A stretch of DNA of 64,000 bases from Octopus vulgaris. Lineage: Eukaryota. The stretch lies in the NCBI GenBank assembly GCA_951406725.2, contig OX597830.1:75454001-75518000 (forward strand). The letters run 5' to 3'. The position numbers and the translations under genes were made by a program. The notes below the pieces were generated by a model that did not search any database, was not told the origin of the DNA, and saw only the letters and a program-made list of their open reading frames with translations. Positions 1-12,827 of the stretch are shown piece after piece; within the stretch, counting starts at the first letter, position 1, and each line of letters starts with the position of its first letter.

Positions 1-10
1 AACAACAACA

Positions 11-56
<46 letters not shown>

Positions 57-1181
57 TTACAACGGAAATAGCCAGTAGAATAGCAATTAAGCAATGACCA
101 CAAGTATAACAACAATAAGAAGAGTAACAACAACAACAGCTATAATCCCAATAACCACTGCAAAAACACTACAACCGCATCCACCACCACAAACGCCGCC
201 GCTGACGCCAGCAACACCACCACCGACGTCCATCAGCACTGCGGTCACCACCACCACCTCCTCTGTCGAGATCGACACGACTACCGCTGGTCACTCTGCT
301 GGACAGACTACATGTACCACTACCACAGACATCGCCATAAATCCATTTGCGCCACCACCGCCTTCCCGTTCGTTGGTGCATTAGAGAATGGTTATCCTCA
401 AACCATTCCCCCAAAGAAGCTTCTCTTTCTCTCCCTCTCTTTCCCTTCGTTCCTCTCTCTCCCTACCTTCCATCTTCTCTTTCTCTCTACCACCACCATC
501 ACCACCAACTTCACTAACTCACCGGAAGCTACAGTCAGTATATTAACTATCATCATCCCCACTGCTACCACCAACACCAATACCACTACCACCATTCCCG
601 CCACCACCACCAATACCACTACCACCATTCCCGCCACCACCACCACTACCAGTCACCACCACAACCACCTCCACCACCAAAACCACTACCACCGCCACTA
701 CACCACCACCTCCATCACCACAACCACTACTACCACTACCACCACTACTATCACCACCACCCACACTACAGACAGCACCGCCACCAATATTACAACAGCA
801 CTATTCCAGTCATTTTACTACAACCACCACCACCATCATCATCATCACGATTGCTACCATCATCACCCCACCACAGTCCACGACTAATAGTACTACCACC
901 ACCGCCACATTTTCCCACCAACTGCTAAACGCACGACCACCCTCAACACCGCCACTACCACCAGCACCTCGCTGCTCCTGTTACAGACTGCACCATCACC
1001 ACCACCGCTACCATCACCTCCCTCACCATTACCACCACAATTACACTACAATTATTACCACTAACACTACCACCTCCACCACTACCACCATTAACATTTC
1101 CAGCATCACTACTCTCACCAGCACCATTAGTAACGCCACCATCACTATTGCTACTACTACTACGACCTCTTCTGCTCCTCT

Positions 1182-1224
<43 letters not shown>

Positions 1225-1354
1225 GCTGATGATGATGATACTACTATTACTACTACTACTACTACTGGTACTACTACTGCTGCTGCTACTGATACTACTA
1301 CTACCACTACCACTATTACTGCTGCTGCTGCTGCTGCAACTGCTGCTACTACTA

Positions 1355-1393
<39 letters not shown>

Positions 1394-1500
1394 GTACTGC
1401 TGCTGCTGATACTACTACTACTACTACTATTGCTGCTGCTGCTACTACTGGAGACAATATCACCCCCCGCCTCCCCCACCATCATCATCAACAACACGAC
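1..1500. repeat. Compound trinucleotide low-complexity tract (CAC/TAC/CAT/TGC/AAC)
   Basis: Runs of (TAC)n, (CAC)n and (TGC)n; ORFs here are poly-T/S/L/V artefacts. Confidence 0.9.
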
Positions 1501-1649
1501 TAACATACTCTCTCTTCGTCCCTTTTCTTCCATAACCCCTCTCTTTATAATCCCCTTCATCTCTATTTTACTCTCTCCCCTCATCGTTCCTCTATGCTTT
1601 CTCATTAAATACTCAAGCTTTTCGCGCCTATTCCCCCCAACATCATTCT

Positions 1650-1749
1650 TCATCTCTTCAAAACTTGTTATTCCTATTCTTTTTCTTCTTCTTCTTCTTC
1701 ACTTATTTTGATTCTCCTTCTCTTTCTCCTTCAGTTTCACATTTTTACT

Positions 1750-1787
<38 letters not shown>

Positions 1788-2289
1788 TCTCTCTCTCTCT
1801 CTCTCTCCTTCTCTCTCACTTTTCTCTCTCCCTCTCTCCCACTTTCTCTCTCTCTCTCTCTCTCTCTCACTCTCTCACTCATTCACTGAATCTCCATACC
1901 TTTCGTATCATTCATTCTTACTCTGAAAATTTTGTCTCTCAAACATTATATTTCTGAAACATTCCACCTTTCTTTTCTAACTTGTCTTTATCTCTCTCTA
2001 TCTCTCTTTCTCTCTTTCTCTTTCTCTCTATCTTTCTTTCTTTATCTCTTTCTCTATCTCTCTTTGTCTCTTTCTCTTTATCTCTCCTCTCACCTCTTCT
2101 CCTCTCCCCCTCAGTCCCTCTCTCGTTTTTTCCCTGTTTCTTCTATAATCTTTCTCTGCCGCTCACTTCATCGCCCTTCTTTCCTTCATTTGCTGTCCTT
2201 GGCTGTCTATTTTACATCGTTTTCTGTTTGTTTCTTTTTCATACTTTAGCTATATACCTTTTATTTCCTCTCCATCCCGCTATCTATCA

Positions 2290-2343
<54 letters not shown>

Positions 2344-2400
2344 CTCTGTCATTCAAACACTTTTCCTTCCACTCTACCACACCCTGTCATTTGCCCCATA
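1650..2400. repeat. Polypyrimidine (CT)n-rich tract
   Basis: Pure (CT)n at ~1756-1878 and ~2292-2340 within degenerate CT-rich sequence. Confidence 0.9.
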
Positions 2401-2602
2401 GTTTCACTTCCATTATATATATATATATATGTTGACGTCGTCTATATATATATATATGGCATCGACAAGCTTACGCGGCCCAACGTGCTGCGCAGTAGTA
2501 CTGAACTCAAGGCATGTACAAGCAAGGTGTGCTTCCTAACCACACAGCTATGTCTGCACATATATATATATACACACACACACACTCTCTTGCACTCACG
2601 CG

Positions 2603-2633
<31 letters not shown>

Positions 2634-2645
2634 GCACACACGCAT

Positions 2646-3150
2646 ATGTTGACCCTCTGGAGAAACTTTGCTCTCAGCCACCTAGACTACTGCTCCCAGT
2701 TATGGTCAACACATAACGCCAAACTAAAAGCGGAGCTTGAAGCAGTCCAACGCCATTATACTATAAAGATTGAGACAGTGCAGCGTATGAGCTATAGGGA
2801 GCGAAGGAGCGAAGGAGATATGTAATATCCTACATATGGGAGACTCTAGATGGGCTAGTATCTAATTTCGGCATTGAGTGTTATACAAATACCAGAACTG
2901 GCCACCACTGTATTGTACCAAAGGTACCAACCACTCTATTTGAATTCAGGACCAAGTATTGCAATAGTTTAGGGTTCAAAGTCCCACAGTTCTTCAAAGC
3001 CCTGTCACAAAAATTAAGGCATCTGCATAATGTAGAAGTACACGTCTTCAAAAAGGAACTAGTCGGCCTCTTCGACAAAACATCAGATGAACTAACAGCC
3101 CGATATGAGGTACAGATGAGGGTAACGGAATCAAACTCCCTTTATACACC
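2646..3150 (+). mobile_element. CR1/L2-group LINE, ORF2 C-terminal remnant (5' truncated)
   Basis: Translates as TLWRNFALSHLDYCSQLWST..ELEAVQRHYTIKI..MSYRER, then RTKYCNSLGFKVPQFFKALSQKLRHLHNVEVHVFKKEL; matches the LEYCSxVWSP..LExVQRxxTK..LSYxERL tail of CR1/L2 ORF2; homologous to 56866-57180. Confidence 0.8.
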
Positions 3151-3184
3151 AAATAGGCCAAGAGCTGGGACAAAGACACATACA

Positions 3185-3440
3185 GAGTGATGATGTGAAA
3201 CACTCCAGCCCGAGAAGGTTCGCAAATCCAATGGAGGCCTTAAGAGACATATTATGATCCACAAAGAGCAGAACTTATCTGCAGCTCTTGGTGGTCCAAA
3301 TCCGAGGTACGGTGCAATCTATGCTGGTGTTCTTTTGAGAGCATTGTCTGGTTCAAAAAGCCACATCAGATGCCATGATGTTGTTGAGGTGTAGATACAG
3401 GAGGTAGTCAAACTCTGCATAAGGAGTAGACAACCAACAC
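3185..3440 (+). mobile_element. Probable LINE (RTE-like) 3' end with degenerate C2H2-like motifs
   Basis: GGLKRHIMIH and CNLCWCSF...KSHIRCH-like reading, then a short tail running into (TG)/(TA) repeat. Confidence 0.4.
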
Positions 3441-3442
3441 CA

Positions 3443-3476
<34 letters not shown>

Positions 3477-3477
<1 letters not shown>

Positions 3478-3540
3478 GATTGATTGATTGATTCCAGTTC
3501 CAGCCTATGAGCTGTGGCCATGCTGGGGCACCGCCATTTA
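3477..3540 (-). mobile_element. Isolated CR1/L2-type 3' tail with (ATCA)n
   Basis: Reverse complement is taaatggcggtgccccagcatggccacagctcataggctggaactggaatcaatcaatc, nearly the same as the LINE tail at 57124-57170. Confidence 0.75.
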
Positions 3541-3761
3541 TGTATGTATGTATAAATATATAGAGGAGAGGTAGGAAAAAGTGACAGGAGAGAGAAAGAG
3601 AGAGATAAGTTAGAAAAGAGCGGTGGAATGTTCCAGAAATATAATGACCTGGTGTTATCCATGGTATATTTGGGGTATATTTTCGCTGGATCTACTTCAG
3701 GAATTCCGCAGTGTTAGTTGATGGAGGAAACGAAATATAGATTTGGCGCTAGTCTTTATTC

Positions 3762-3864
3762 GGTACGACGATCGTTTCGACTCCTCCTGTAACTGTCCGC
3801 TATGGGTAGGATTTTCTGCATCTAACTGTGTTGCATCAATTTGTGCAGTCTGTGTCACAACAGG

Positions 3865-3905
<41 letters not shown>

Positions 3906-4700
3906 TGTTGTGCGCGCGCGCGTGTGCGTTTGTGTTTCTGTACGCGCGCGTATTTCTTTTAAGGCGAATACAGAGCCAAAAAAAAATGGAATTCTTAATA
4001 CGATATTCCCCCAGGAATCCTAGTGTTCTTTGATTGCTGACACCATCAATAATTCACAGAATTGTGTGTGCGTTATTCAGAGGATTTTTGCATCGGATTC
4101 CAAAGCACTGAGTTGGTGTTTATAACTTCCAAATATTCTCGTTACATTTACATATACTTGTGTATGTATGAAAGTGTGTCTGTGTGTGTGTGTGTGTCTA
4201 TCTATATGCTGCTGTGTTAGCAGTGCTCTTTACATATTATTTCTGTAGAGTATCTTAACAACTTAGGGATAGCCTGTGCTTTTTGGAAAGCCTGAACACG
4301 GTTTCAAAATATTTCTAAGGCACGATGCAGCTAAGACTGTCAAAATGGGCGAAGCTAAACGGGCCACATTAATCATATGCCTTGAGAATTGTAGCATGAA
4401 TTGGGAGAGTGCATTGGCACCTGTGTGTGTCAGCGTAATCTTACATTGTACGGCGGGTTATACCAAATCGCTCGATGTTGTTGCTCCCCACAAAGAAGAC
4501 ATTCCATTGTTCTTATTTTGCTCGGTTATGTTAGTTCGATTCATTACTTGATATTTATTGCTGATTCTTTATTGTTCATTTTCATTCCATCCTGTTACTC
4601 TTCGAAAATCACTCCACTGTTTCAATGTTTTGATTTTCCTAATAAAATTTTCATTAAACACACTCCTAGAATGAATGACATTAGCAAGGGTTTTGTTGGA
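3762..4700 (-). mobile_element. Highly degraded Penelope-like element remnant with a half hammerhead at its 3' side
   Basis: Minus strand near 4445-4470 reads IWYNPPYN (PLE IWFNPPF motif); downstream on the same strand GGAGUC-GAAA-CGAUCG-UC-GUACC at 3762-3784. Confidence 0.4.
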
Positions 4701-5067
4701 GAAGGAGTAACCTTAAATACTTCTTATGTGATTTTTTTTCTCTTTGCTAAAAAATCTCACTATATCCCTTTGTGTATTCTTATTTTTCTTGACATTTATT
4801 ATGTCCTTCCTTTTACAGAAATTTTTGAATTGTATTCTTTGTAGAATGTCCTTGAGCCACACCCTTCGGCTTTTTACGACTTCATCTTGTTCATTCTTAT
4901 GTGGTTTTGCATCACCCCTACTCTCCATTTTAATGTTTCCAGTAATTATTTATATGAATGCTATCAGTAGTAATTGCTTTCAGTGGCTAAATGCAGAATA
5001 GATCATCATCGACGTCGTCGTCATCCTCCTCTTCCTCCCCCTCCTCACCATCATCATTACTGTTATT

Positions 5068-5284
5068 AAAGCGGTGAGCTGACAGATTCGTGACCACACC
5101 TGGCAAAATGCTTAGCGGCAATTCGTCCGTCTTTACTTTCAGAGTTCAAATTCCACCGAGATCGACTTTGCCTTTCATTCTTTCGGGGTCGATAAATTAA
5201 GTACCAGTGTAACACTCGGATCAATGTAATCGAGTAGTCCCCTCCCCACAAAATTCAGGCCTTGCGCCTATAGTAGAAATGATT
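5068..5284 (+). mobile_element. tRNA-derived SINE family A (octopus OK-like; family name not verified)
   Basis: gcggtgagctgacaga head, B-box gagttcaaattcc, conserved gactttgcctttcatNctttcggggtcgataaattaagtaccag core; more than 10 copies in window. Confidence 0.85.
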
Positions 5285-5440
5285 CTACGTCGTCGTAGTC
5301 TTCTTCTTCTTCTTCTTCTTCTTCTTCTTCTTCTTCTTCTTCTTCTTCTTCTTCTTCTTCTTCTTCTTCTTCTTCTTCTTCTTCTTCTTCTTCTTCTTCT
5401 TCTTCTTCTTCTTCTTCATCATCATCTTCTTCTTCTTCTT

Positions 5441-5521
<81 letters not shown>

Positions 5522-5640
5522 TGTAGTAGTAGTAGTAGTAGTATCATCATCATTATTATTTGTAATAGTAGTAGTAGTAGTATCATCATCATTATTATTT
5601 GTAGTAGTAGTAGTATCATCATCATCATCATCATCATCAT
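5285..5640. repeat. Compound (CTT)n-(ATT)n-(AGT)n-(ATC)n microsatellite
   Basis: Direct reading; lies between two family A SINEs. Confidence 0.95.
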
Positions 5641-5641
5641 C

Positions 5642-5830
5642 AAGGCAGTGTGCTGGGATAATTGTTACCGCACCTGGAATAATACTTAGCAGCATTTCGT
5701 CCGGCTCTACGTTCTGAGATCAAATTCCGCCGAAGTCGACTTTAACTTTTATCTCTTCGGGGTTTGATAAAATAATCACCAACGAAACATTGGGGTTGAT
5801 GTAATGGACTAGTCCCCTCCCCTCCTTGGA
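5642..5830 (+). mobile_element. SINE family A copy (diverged)
   Basis: acgttctgagatcaaattccgccgaagtcgacttt...tcggggtttgataaaataa...ggggttgatgtaat. Confidence 0.8.
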
Positions 5831-6249
5831 TCCCTTAGTATTTCAGCAAAAAATTACTGCGGTCCATTTGTCCCACTACTCTCTTAAAGTTAATGCCTCG
5901 GCATGGCCGTAACCCAATGACTGAAACAATTAAAAAAACATATTCCATATCCTTTTTAAGTGGCATTAATTGTTTCTCTCATATTTTCTGTGATACCCAT
6001 TGCCTATATTTCCATGCCATTTCCTCTTGTAATTCCTTGTACAATTACTCACTATTCGCTATCTCGCTCTTCCTTCCTCTCTTTCTCTCTCTCTCTCTCT
6101 AGGTAATTCACATTCCTTTTCCTCTTCTCTGTCTTTATCCGACTACATTCTTCACTCCAACAGCTTTGAATCACCCGCCATCTTCCTTCGATTTCATATA
6201 GCCAGCTTTCTATCCCAAACATTTTCTTATATATATATGTGTGTATGTG

Positions 6250-6290
<41 letters not shown>

Positions 6291-6333
6291 TTATGTAAGT
6301 ACGTCTGAATATATGCGCTTATATATATACATG

Positions 6334-6384
<51 letters not shown>

Positions 6385-6529
6385 CAAAATTCTGCGTTCC
6401 ATTTATATATCTTAACGCTTCACCAGTCTTGGATTTTCCTCTTTCTCAGTCTATCGACACACACACACTGACACACACACACAGACACACACACACACAC
6501 ACACAAGCACACACACACACATACACACA

Positions 6530-6891
6530 CACTTTCTTTCTCGTCTCCGACACAATCCCACAGTTTCGTTAGTCCTTCTTTATACTCACCCTTATAATCT
6601 TTTCAATAACTTCTTCCCATACATCTCACTCCTTTCTTCACCGTCTCTCTCCTCATCCCTATTTTCCTCTCTTTTTCTCTTACACGTTTCCTCTGTTATT
6701 ATTCACCCTCTTACAACACAACTCTCTCTCTTATCGCTAAGCCTTTGCTCTCTCTGTCTCTCTCACTCTTTCTGGATCTCTCTCTGTTCACCTATCTACC
6801 TCTCTCATTCTATCTGCCTGTCCCCCTCTCTCTCTGTCTCTCTATGCCTTTCCCTTTGTCTACCCCCCGCTCTCTCTGTATATCTGTCTGC

Positions 6892-6924
<33 letters not shown>

Positions 6925-7630
6925 ACTGGGTCTCTTTCTGTTCCGCTACCTTTCTCTACTTCTCCCATTCTATCTGCCTGTATCTCTCTCTGTTTCTCTC
7001 TACGCCGCTCTGTGACTGCCCTATCTCTCTCTCTGTCCATTTATCTGCCTCTCTTTCTCTCTGCCCCTCTCCCTCTGCTTCTCTCTATTTGCCTTTATTT
7101 CTCTTTGTCTCATTCTCTCTCTATCCCATAGCGTCTCTCACTATCTCTTTACCTCCCTCTCTTTTTGCCTCTTTCTCTTTTTTGCCCCTCTCTCTCTCTC
7201 GTTACCTCTCTCGCTCACTCTTCTTGCTCACGCCTTTCCCTCCTTCACTTTCTCTCTTTCACACCCCTCTATCTCTCTCTCTCTCTCTCTCGTTTTCTTT
7301 TCACAACATATCAGATCATTTTCACCATTTGTCTACATTCCTTTTCCTTCCCACTTCTTTTTCTCCTGCACTCCACTTCCATTTCTCCCTCTTCATCTCC
7401 CCTTTTCTCTTCTCTATCTATTTCAAGCCTCCCCCCATCAATCCACCCTTCTTCCCTCCCTCTATCTCACTTTCAGCAATTATCCCTCACTTCTTTTAAA
7501 TCTCCTTTCTTCATTTCTTACATGTCCGATCACTTTCTCTCCATGTCCATCTCATCATCTCCTCTTTGCCTTCTCTATTTATCTCATCTTCTCCCTTCCC
7601 TTGTTACCATTTCCACATCCTCCAGACATC
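6530..7630. repeat. Degenerate CT-rich polypyrimidine tract
   Basis: About 1.1 kb, strongly C/T biased on the + strand. Confidence 0.85.
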
Positions 7631-8170
7631 CATCAGTCAAGCCAAAATCACAAACACCATTCCTTTCCATACCTGACAAGATGGCTAACATTTAACACGC
7701 GAAAATCCATCAAGTCGGAAGGGATTAATGAAAAAAAGATTACGCGCAATTTCTTACCCATATAACTGTTTTTCTTGGGCAGACTTCAAAGATAACCCTT
7801 TCCCTTATTCAGTCTTTATCAGGGGTCAGCATTTGTTATTATTATTATTCTTGTTGTTGTTGATTCCCTATATTCCTTCATTCTTACCCTTTTCTAATTC
7901 GTAGCCAGAACCCTAAAACCAATCTTTAGACTGCAAATGTTTTTTCAGTGATCACCGGAGCATGAAAATTGTACACCTATTCCTGTGTACATAAATCATT
8001 CGAAATCCGCAAAAACACCCGTTTCTATTTTCATATATGCACACGCACACACAAACAAACACACACAAACACATAAATGCAAACATGCATTTATCCATGC
8101 ATATTTATATATGTACATATATATATAATACATATATATGTATATAAATATATATATATAATATATGTAC

Positions 8171-8206
<36 letters not shown>

Positions 8207-8225
8207 CATATATATATATTATATC

Positions 8226-8287
<62 letters not shown>

Positions 8288-8590
8288 TGTAAAGGGCTAG
8301 TTATTACCTAAAAGCCTGTCTCAAATACAGGAATCCACAACAAGAATAAACGTTATATATTCACATTATTCGTGTCAGTCGGCCGAATGTTTCGCTGCCT
8401 CGTTCTACTAGATTCTTTAATAAATTCATTAGTTCATTGACCGTTGAGTACGTCTGCCAATGAAGATAAAGGGTTAATAATTAAGTCTCCATTTAAAAAA
8501 ATTAAATAAAGACATTTCTAAAACGAAGAATGGAACATTCATATGTGGAAATATATATGAGCTACTCAGGAAGATATAAAGAGATGCATG

Positions 8591-8731
<141 letters not shown>

Positions 8732-9245
8732 TATGTATGTATATATATATATATATATGTTTATATATATATATGTATGTATATATATATATATATATAT
8801 ACATACATATATACATATACATACATACACGCACACACACTCACAAACACAAACACAAGCACATTCACAGCTTAATACCCGTACGTTTGTCTGTACTTTG
8901 TATATTCCTCGAGTATACACATGAATTTCGGTATATATAACTATGTCTTATTTTATACGTCATTTACTTGTATATATGTTCTAAAATCTACACAGCCTTG
9001 GTTTGTTATCTCATTACGGAAAAAAAAAAGAAGAAATTTTTATATGCACACGCTGATATATGACCTAAGATGGACCCCTTATTCGCATAATCACCGAACC
9101 TGGAACTTAACTATTGTCTTTCCCTAGCACTTATTCAGCATTACCTGAAACCTTTGGGACTTCTTGACACTATTACTTCACGTAACCTATATATATATAT
9201 ACACGCACACACGTATGTGTTGTGTGTGTGTGTGTCTGTCTGTCT

Positions 9246-9412
9246 GAAAGCACGTGGCTAAGTGGTTAGTGTATTCGTCTCACGATCGTAAGGGCGTGAG
9301 TTCGATTCTCTGTGACGCGTCCCTGAGCAAACACTTTATTTGACGTTGCTCTAGTCCACTTAGCTGGCAAAATTGAGCAGTTCCTGTATTTCAAAGAGCC
9401 AGCTTTGTCACA
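9246..9412 (+). mobile_element. tRNA-derived SINE with CORE-like segment
   Basis: A-box tggctaagtgg, B-box gagttcgattc, tccctgagcaaacacttta, then cctgtatttcaaagagccagc shared with the family B body. Confidence 0.7.
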
Positions 9413-10129
9413 TAACATATTCCCCTTTCAGATGCACGTACTTATTGCAGCCATCGTTCAGCTTTTGTAAGACCCGAGAAAGAACTCGGAAATTTAGACC
9501 TCGATATCCTTCAAGCCAAGAACGTTTCGGCGCACCTGGGCATATATATATATATGCAGGTCCATCTTTGTGCTTCCATACTATATAAGATCGAGAAGAT
9601 CTTTGAATCTATGCTTACCAGCCTTCCCTGTAAGGAGGAAGACTCGGTCAAGTTTTCATTTTTGGAACATCTTGGAATATGTTATGAGAAATTTACAAGT
9701 ACTCTTTCAAACATATCGAATAAATACCCAGATTATTATTTACTGAAACAGCTATAAAGAAGTGTTTATTTTGTCAAGTAAGCATTTCTTATATAGGCCT
9801 GATACATTGGGTAATATATCACTTCTTGTCTTAAATTTTTTACTGTATCATTTGGACTAAAAGCTTCTTTTTCGACATAAATAAATAAATAAACGTACAC
9901 AAGGAAAAAAAAATTACAAGGATTAATAACTTCTGTCGAAATATATACATTCTTCCGAATATCGAAATTTGAGTAACGACACGATGTAAATGTGCGTGTG
10001 AGTGAGTGTGCGTGCACGCGTGTGTTTGTGTCTGTGTGTGTGTAAAATATCTGCTTCGTTTGTATGAAACTGATAAAGATTTATATCCTTGAATATTCTA
10101 TATTAAATTCGCTTTGTAACCGCTTGGCA

Positions 10130-10840
10130 TTTGGTTTACTCCACTGCGCGGTAGGGCTAATTTCTTGTAATACAGCCCCGGGACGGCCAATGCCTTGTGA
10201 GTGAATTTAATTAATGGAAAACGTGTGCTAGACTGTCGTACTGTATATAGTATATATTATATTACATTATATTATATCATATGTGTGTGTGTTTGTGTGT
10301 ATGTTTGTGTTTGCATGTGTATGTCTGTATGTAATTTATTTTTATGTGAATGTATGTTTGTATAAATGTATGTAGGTAGGTAGGTACCTACGTACCTATA
10401 TACGTAAGCAGGTAGATAGAGAGATAGATAGGTAGGTAGGTATGTACGTATGTATGTATATATGTATGTATGTATTTATGTATGTATGTATGTATGTAGG
10501 TAGGTTGGTAGGTAGGTTGGTATATATGTATGTTTGCATGTATGTAGGTAGGTATGTAGGTAGGATTATAGGTAAGTAGAAAGGTAAATAGGTAGAGTTG
10601 TTCTTTATCTTTGTGTTTGTCTACTCCACCCGAATTGGAACCGCTCTCCAACTACTTTGTAACCGCTGTTGGTTTGTTTAAGTTCGCATATCTTAACAGT
10701 CTTGCAGAAGATACTAATATATTATGTATAATTTTTTTTTTACAAGAACGTACGTACTGGTGACGATTTGTTCGATTAAAGCCTTCAAGGTGGAGCCACT
10801 GCATGGCCGCAGTCCAATGATTACAGCAAGTAAAAGAAAT
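10130..10840 (+). mobile_element. Old SINE family C (OR2-like) with expanded internal microsatellite
   Basis: 5' part matches 31210-31330 (gccttgtgagtgaatt..atggaaa); 3' part matches 31400-31570 (gcatggccgcagtccaatga..caagtaaaag); separated by ~380 bp of TG/TATG/TAGG repeats. Confidence 0.6.
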
Positions 10841-11002
10841 GCAGAAATTAAGCAAAAACTATACTGAAAATAATATAGATTTATATGACTAAACATTTTC
10901 GTTAATCATTACTTTTGAGTGATTGAGATTAATGGAAAAAGAGAGAAAAACAAAAAACAGATAAAATTTAAACAACAAACTATTACCAAAATCTCTTTTT
11001 CA

Positions 11003-11280
11003 TCACGTGACTGCGAATTTCCGCTGGAAATTTTTTTGTGTTTGTTTTTACTTCATTTCAAATTTTTGTCTTTATTTTTCATCTTGTTTGTTTTTCTTTT
11101 TTTTTTTTTAGCAAAGTTTCCAATTGAATAGTAGAGAATTTCCGAAAGAAATTTTTATAAACAGGATGAAATTTATCAAAAAGTCCCTGCCACTCAGCCA
11201 TCTGTCCGGAAGTTTTATTTTAGACATTGCCACGGAAGTGTGAACTTTCAAAAAGTTTCCCGCCGTTCAACCAGCAAGTG
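11003..11280. promoter_or_regulatory. Candidate cis-regulatory motif cluster (E-box, 2x ETS, E2F-like)
   Basis: tcacgtgac 11003-11011, ccggaagt 11206-11213, acggaagtg 11232-11240, tttcccgcc 11256-11264 in apparently non-repetitive sequence. Confidence 0.3.
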
Positions 11281-11444
11281 TCTTTCGAAGCAGTTTGCAT
11301 GGATGGAGAAAAAAAATTGTCAAACGCTACGACGCCAAAAAAAGATATATATATATATAAAATAGAATATGTATATAAACAAATAAATTTGAAAAAATAA
11401 TAAAAACAGTTTTAAATACATAAAAAATGATAAAATTAGCAGTA

Positions 11445-11445
11445 T

Positions 11446-11509
<64 letters not shown>

Positions 11510-11820
11510 GGTGGTGGTGGTGGTGGCGGTGGCGGCGGCGGCGGCGGCGGCGATGGTGGTTGTGGCGGCGGCGATGGTGGCAATGGTGGTGGTGGTGGTG
11601 GTGGTGGTAGTGGTGGTGGTGGTGGTGGTGGTGGTGGTGCTGCTGCTGCTGCTGCTGTTCCTGGTGGCGGCGGCGGCGGCAGCCGCAGCAGTAGTAGTGT
11701 TGGATAGAGGAGGAGAAGGAGGAGGAGAAGATATGCAGAAAGAAGACAACTACGATAACACGATAACGACGACGACGACACTGAGGTGATGATGCTGCTG
11801 ATGTTGATAATGATGATGAT
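11445..11820. repeat. Compound (GTA)n/(GTG)n/(GCG)n/(CTG)n/(GAT)n microsatellite
   Basis: Direct reading. Confidence 0.95.
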
Positions 11821-12237
11821 AGATGATGACCTAACAAACAACAAAATCAGCGAATAAATCAATAAATAAAGATGTAAATAAATAAATAAATAAATAAAAA
11901 AGAAATAAATGTCTGTCGAAACCTCCTTGTTTTCTACCTGAACACATTTAAAGAATAGTGAGAGATTCTGGAAGGAATATCGAAGAATTTTTGCGCCAGA
12001 ATTCTTCGTATATTAATGTTTTTTACTCTAGATGTATTCCTTTTTACCAATTTAAACCCTTGCTTTCGCCGACGGCATTCGACGTATGTCCTAATAGCTA
12101 GATCGACAGACATAACCATATGCAGTCTGTAGGTACGTTCTCATATTTTTTGTTTCTAAATCTCTCCAGGAAAGAATTTCATTTTCATTCCTCCTCCTGT
12201 GTTTTCCTAAGTACAGTTCATTCACTTCCCTATTCAT

Positions 12238-12515
12238 CAGTGGTTCTTAACCGGGGTCCATATGGCCTCTGAGTGTCCGTATATTATTTTAGGGAGTCCA
12301 CATCACAAAATAGTTATTTGGGGATCCACAATAGCATTTGAGTGACCCGTAAGAAAATTTTCCTTCAGACGTATATAGTGTTATTTATTGTAAGAACAGC
12401 TAAGTTTCCTTCTCTAACATTTTATATAGTTCATCATGAAAAATAAAGTAGGAATTTCTATAAGACTAGTTTTAAAAACATCGAATGGATATGAGAGGCG
12501 GGGTCCACCGGACTA
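12238..12515. mobile_element. Non-autonomous hAT (Charlie-like) DNA transposon remnant
   Basis: Starts cagtggttcttaacc (Charlie/MER5-type TIR) with recurring ggggtcca motifs; second TIR not found. Confidence 0.5.
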
Positions 12516-12665
12516 AATTCTACAAAACAACTACATCCCAAACTCAAAACGGCCAAAGGCATTGATGACTGGAACATCCCGTAATGGTGGTGCATGCGCC
12601 AGGTGGTTTTGTGAGGGAACAACTACAAGGTGTATTAGTTTGACGCTCTGGAAAGGTGGGAAAGT

Positions 12666-12704
12666 CTTTGACATTTCGGGCCCTACGCTCTTTATCTGAA
12701 AAAG
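12666..12704 (-). ncRNA. Degenerate minimal type-I hammerhead ribozyme motif
   Basis: Minus strand: CUUUUU-CAGAUAA-A-GAGC GUAGG GCCC-GAAA-UG-UC-AAAG; core mutated relative to CUGAUGA. Confidence 0.45.
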
Positions 12705-12780
12705 ATGAGAGGAAAAGAAATGAGTTGAGAAACGAAAAAATGCGTCAGGATTATCGGTTTAAAATATATATATCGGTTTA

Positions 12781-12827
<47 letters not shown>

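Noticed and set aside
87-1711. Long Thr/Ser/Leu/His-rich ORFs (mucin-like appearance)
   Set aside because: Open in several frames on both strands because they translate trinucleotide repeats; no domain or splice evidence.
7670-7830. Possible enhancer (caagatggc, ggattaat, cttcaaag); similar unique islands at ~44400-44560 and ~45970-46110
   Set aside because: Short motifs expected by chance at this length; no independent support.
8375-8405. Possible hammerhead half (minus strand GCAGC-GAAA-CAU-UC-GGCC); similar hints at ~9515-9535 and ~13090-13125
   Set aside because: No matching core or stem partner found; too short to distinguish from chance.
9640-9980. Possible further Penelope RT remnant on the minus strand
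   Set aside because: Only faint motif echoes (FDI, GLY); not enough to support a call.
11320-11862. Poly-Pro/Ala/His/Gln ORFs resembling transcription-factor low-complexity regions
   Set aside because: Pure compound microsatellite with no adjacent folded domain.
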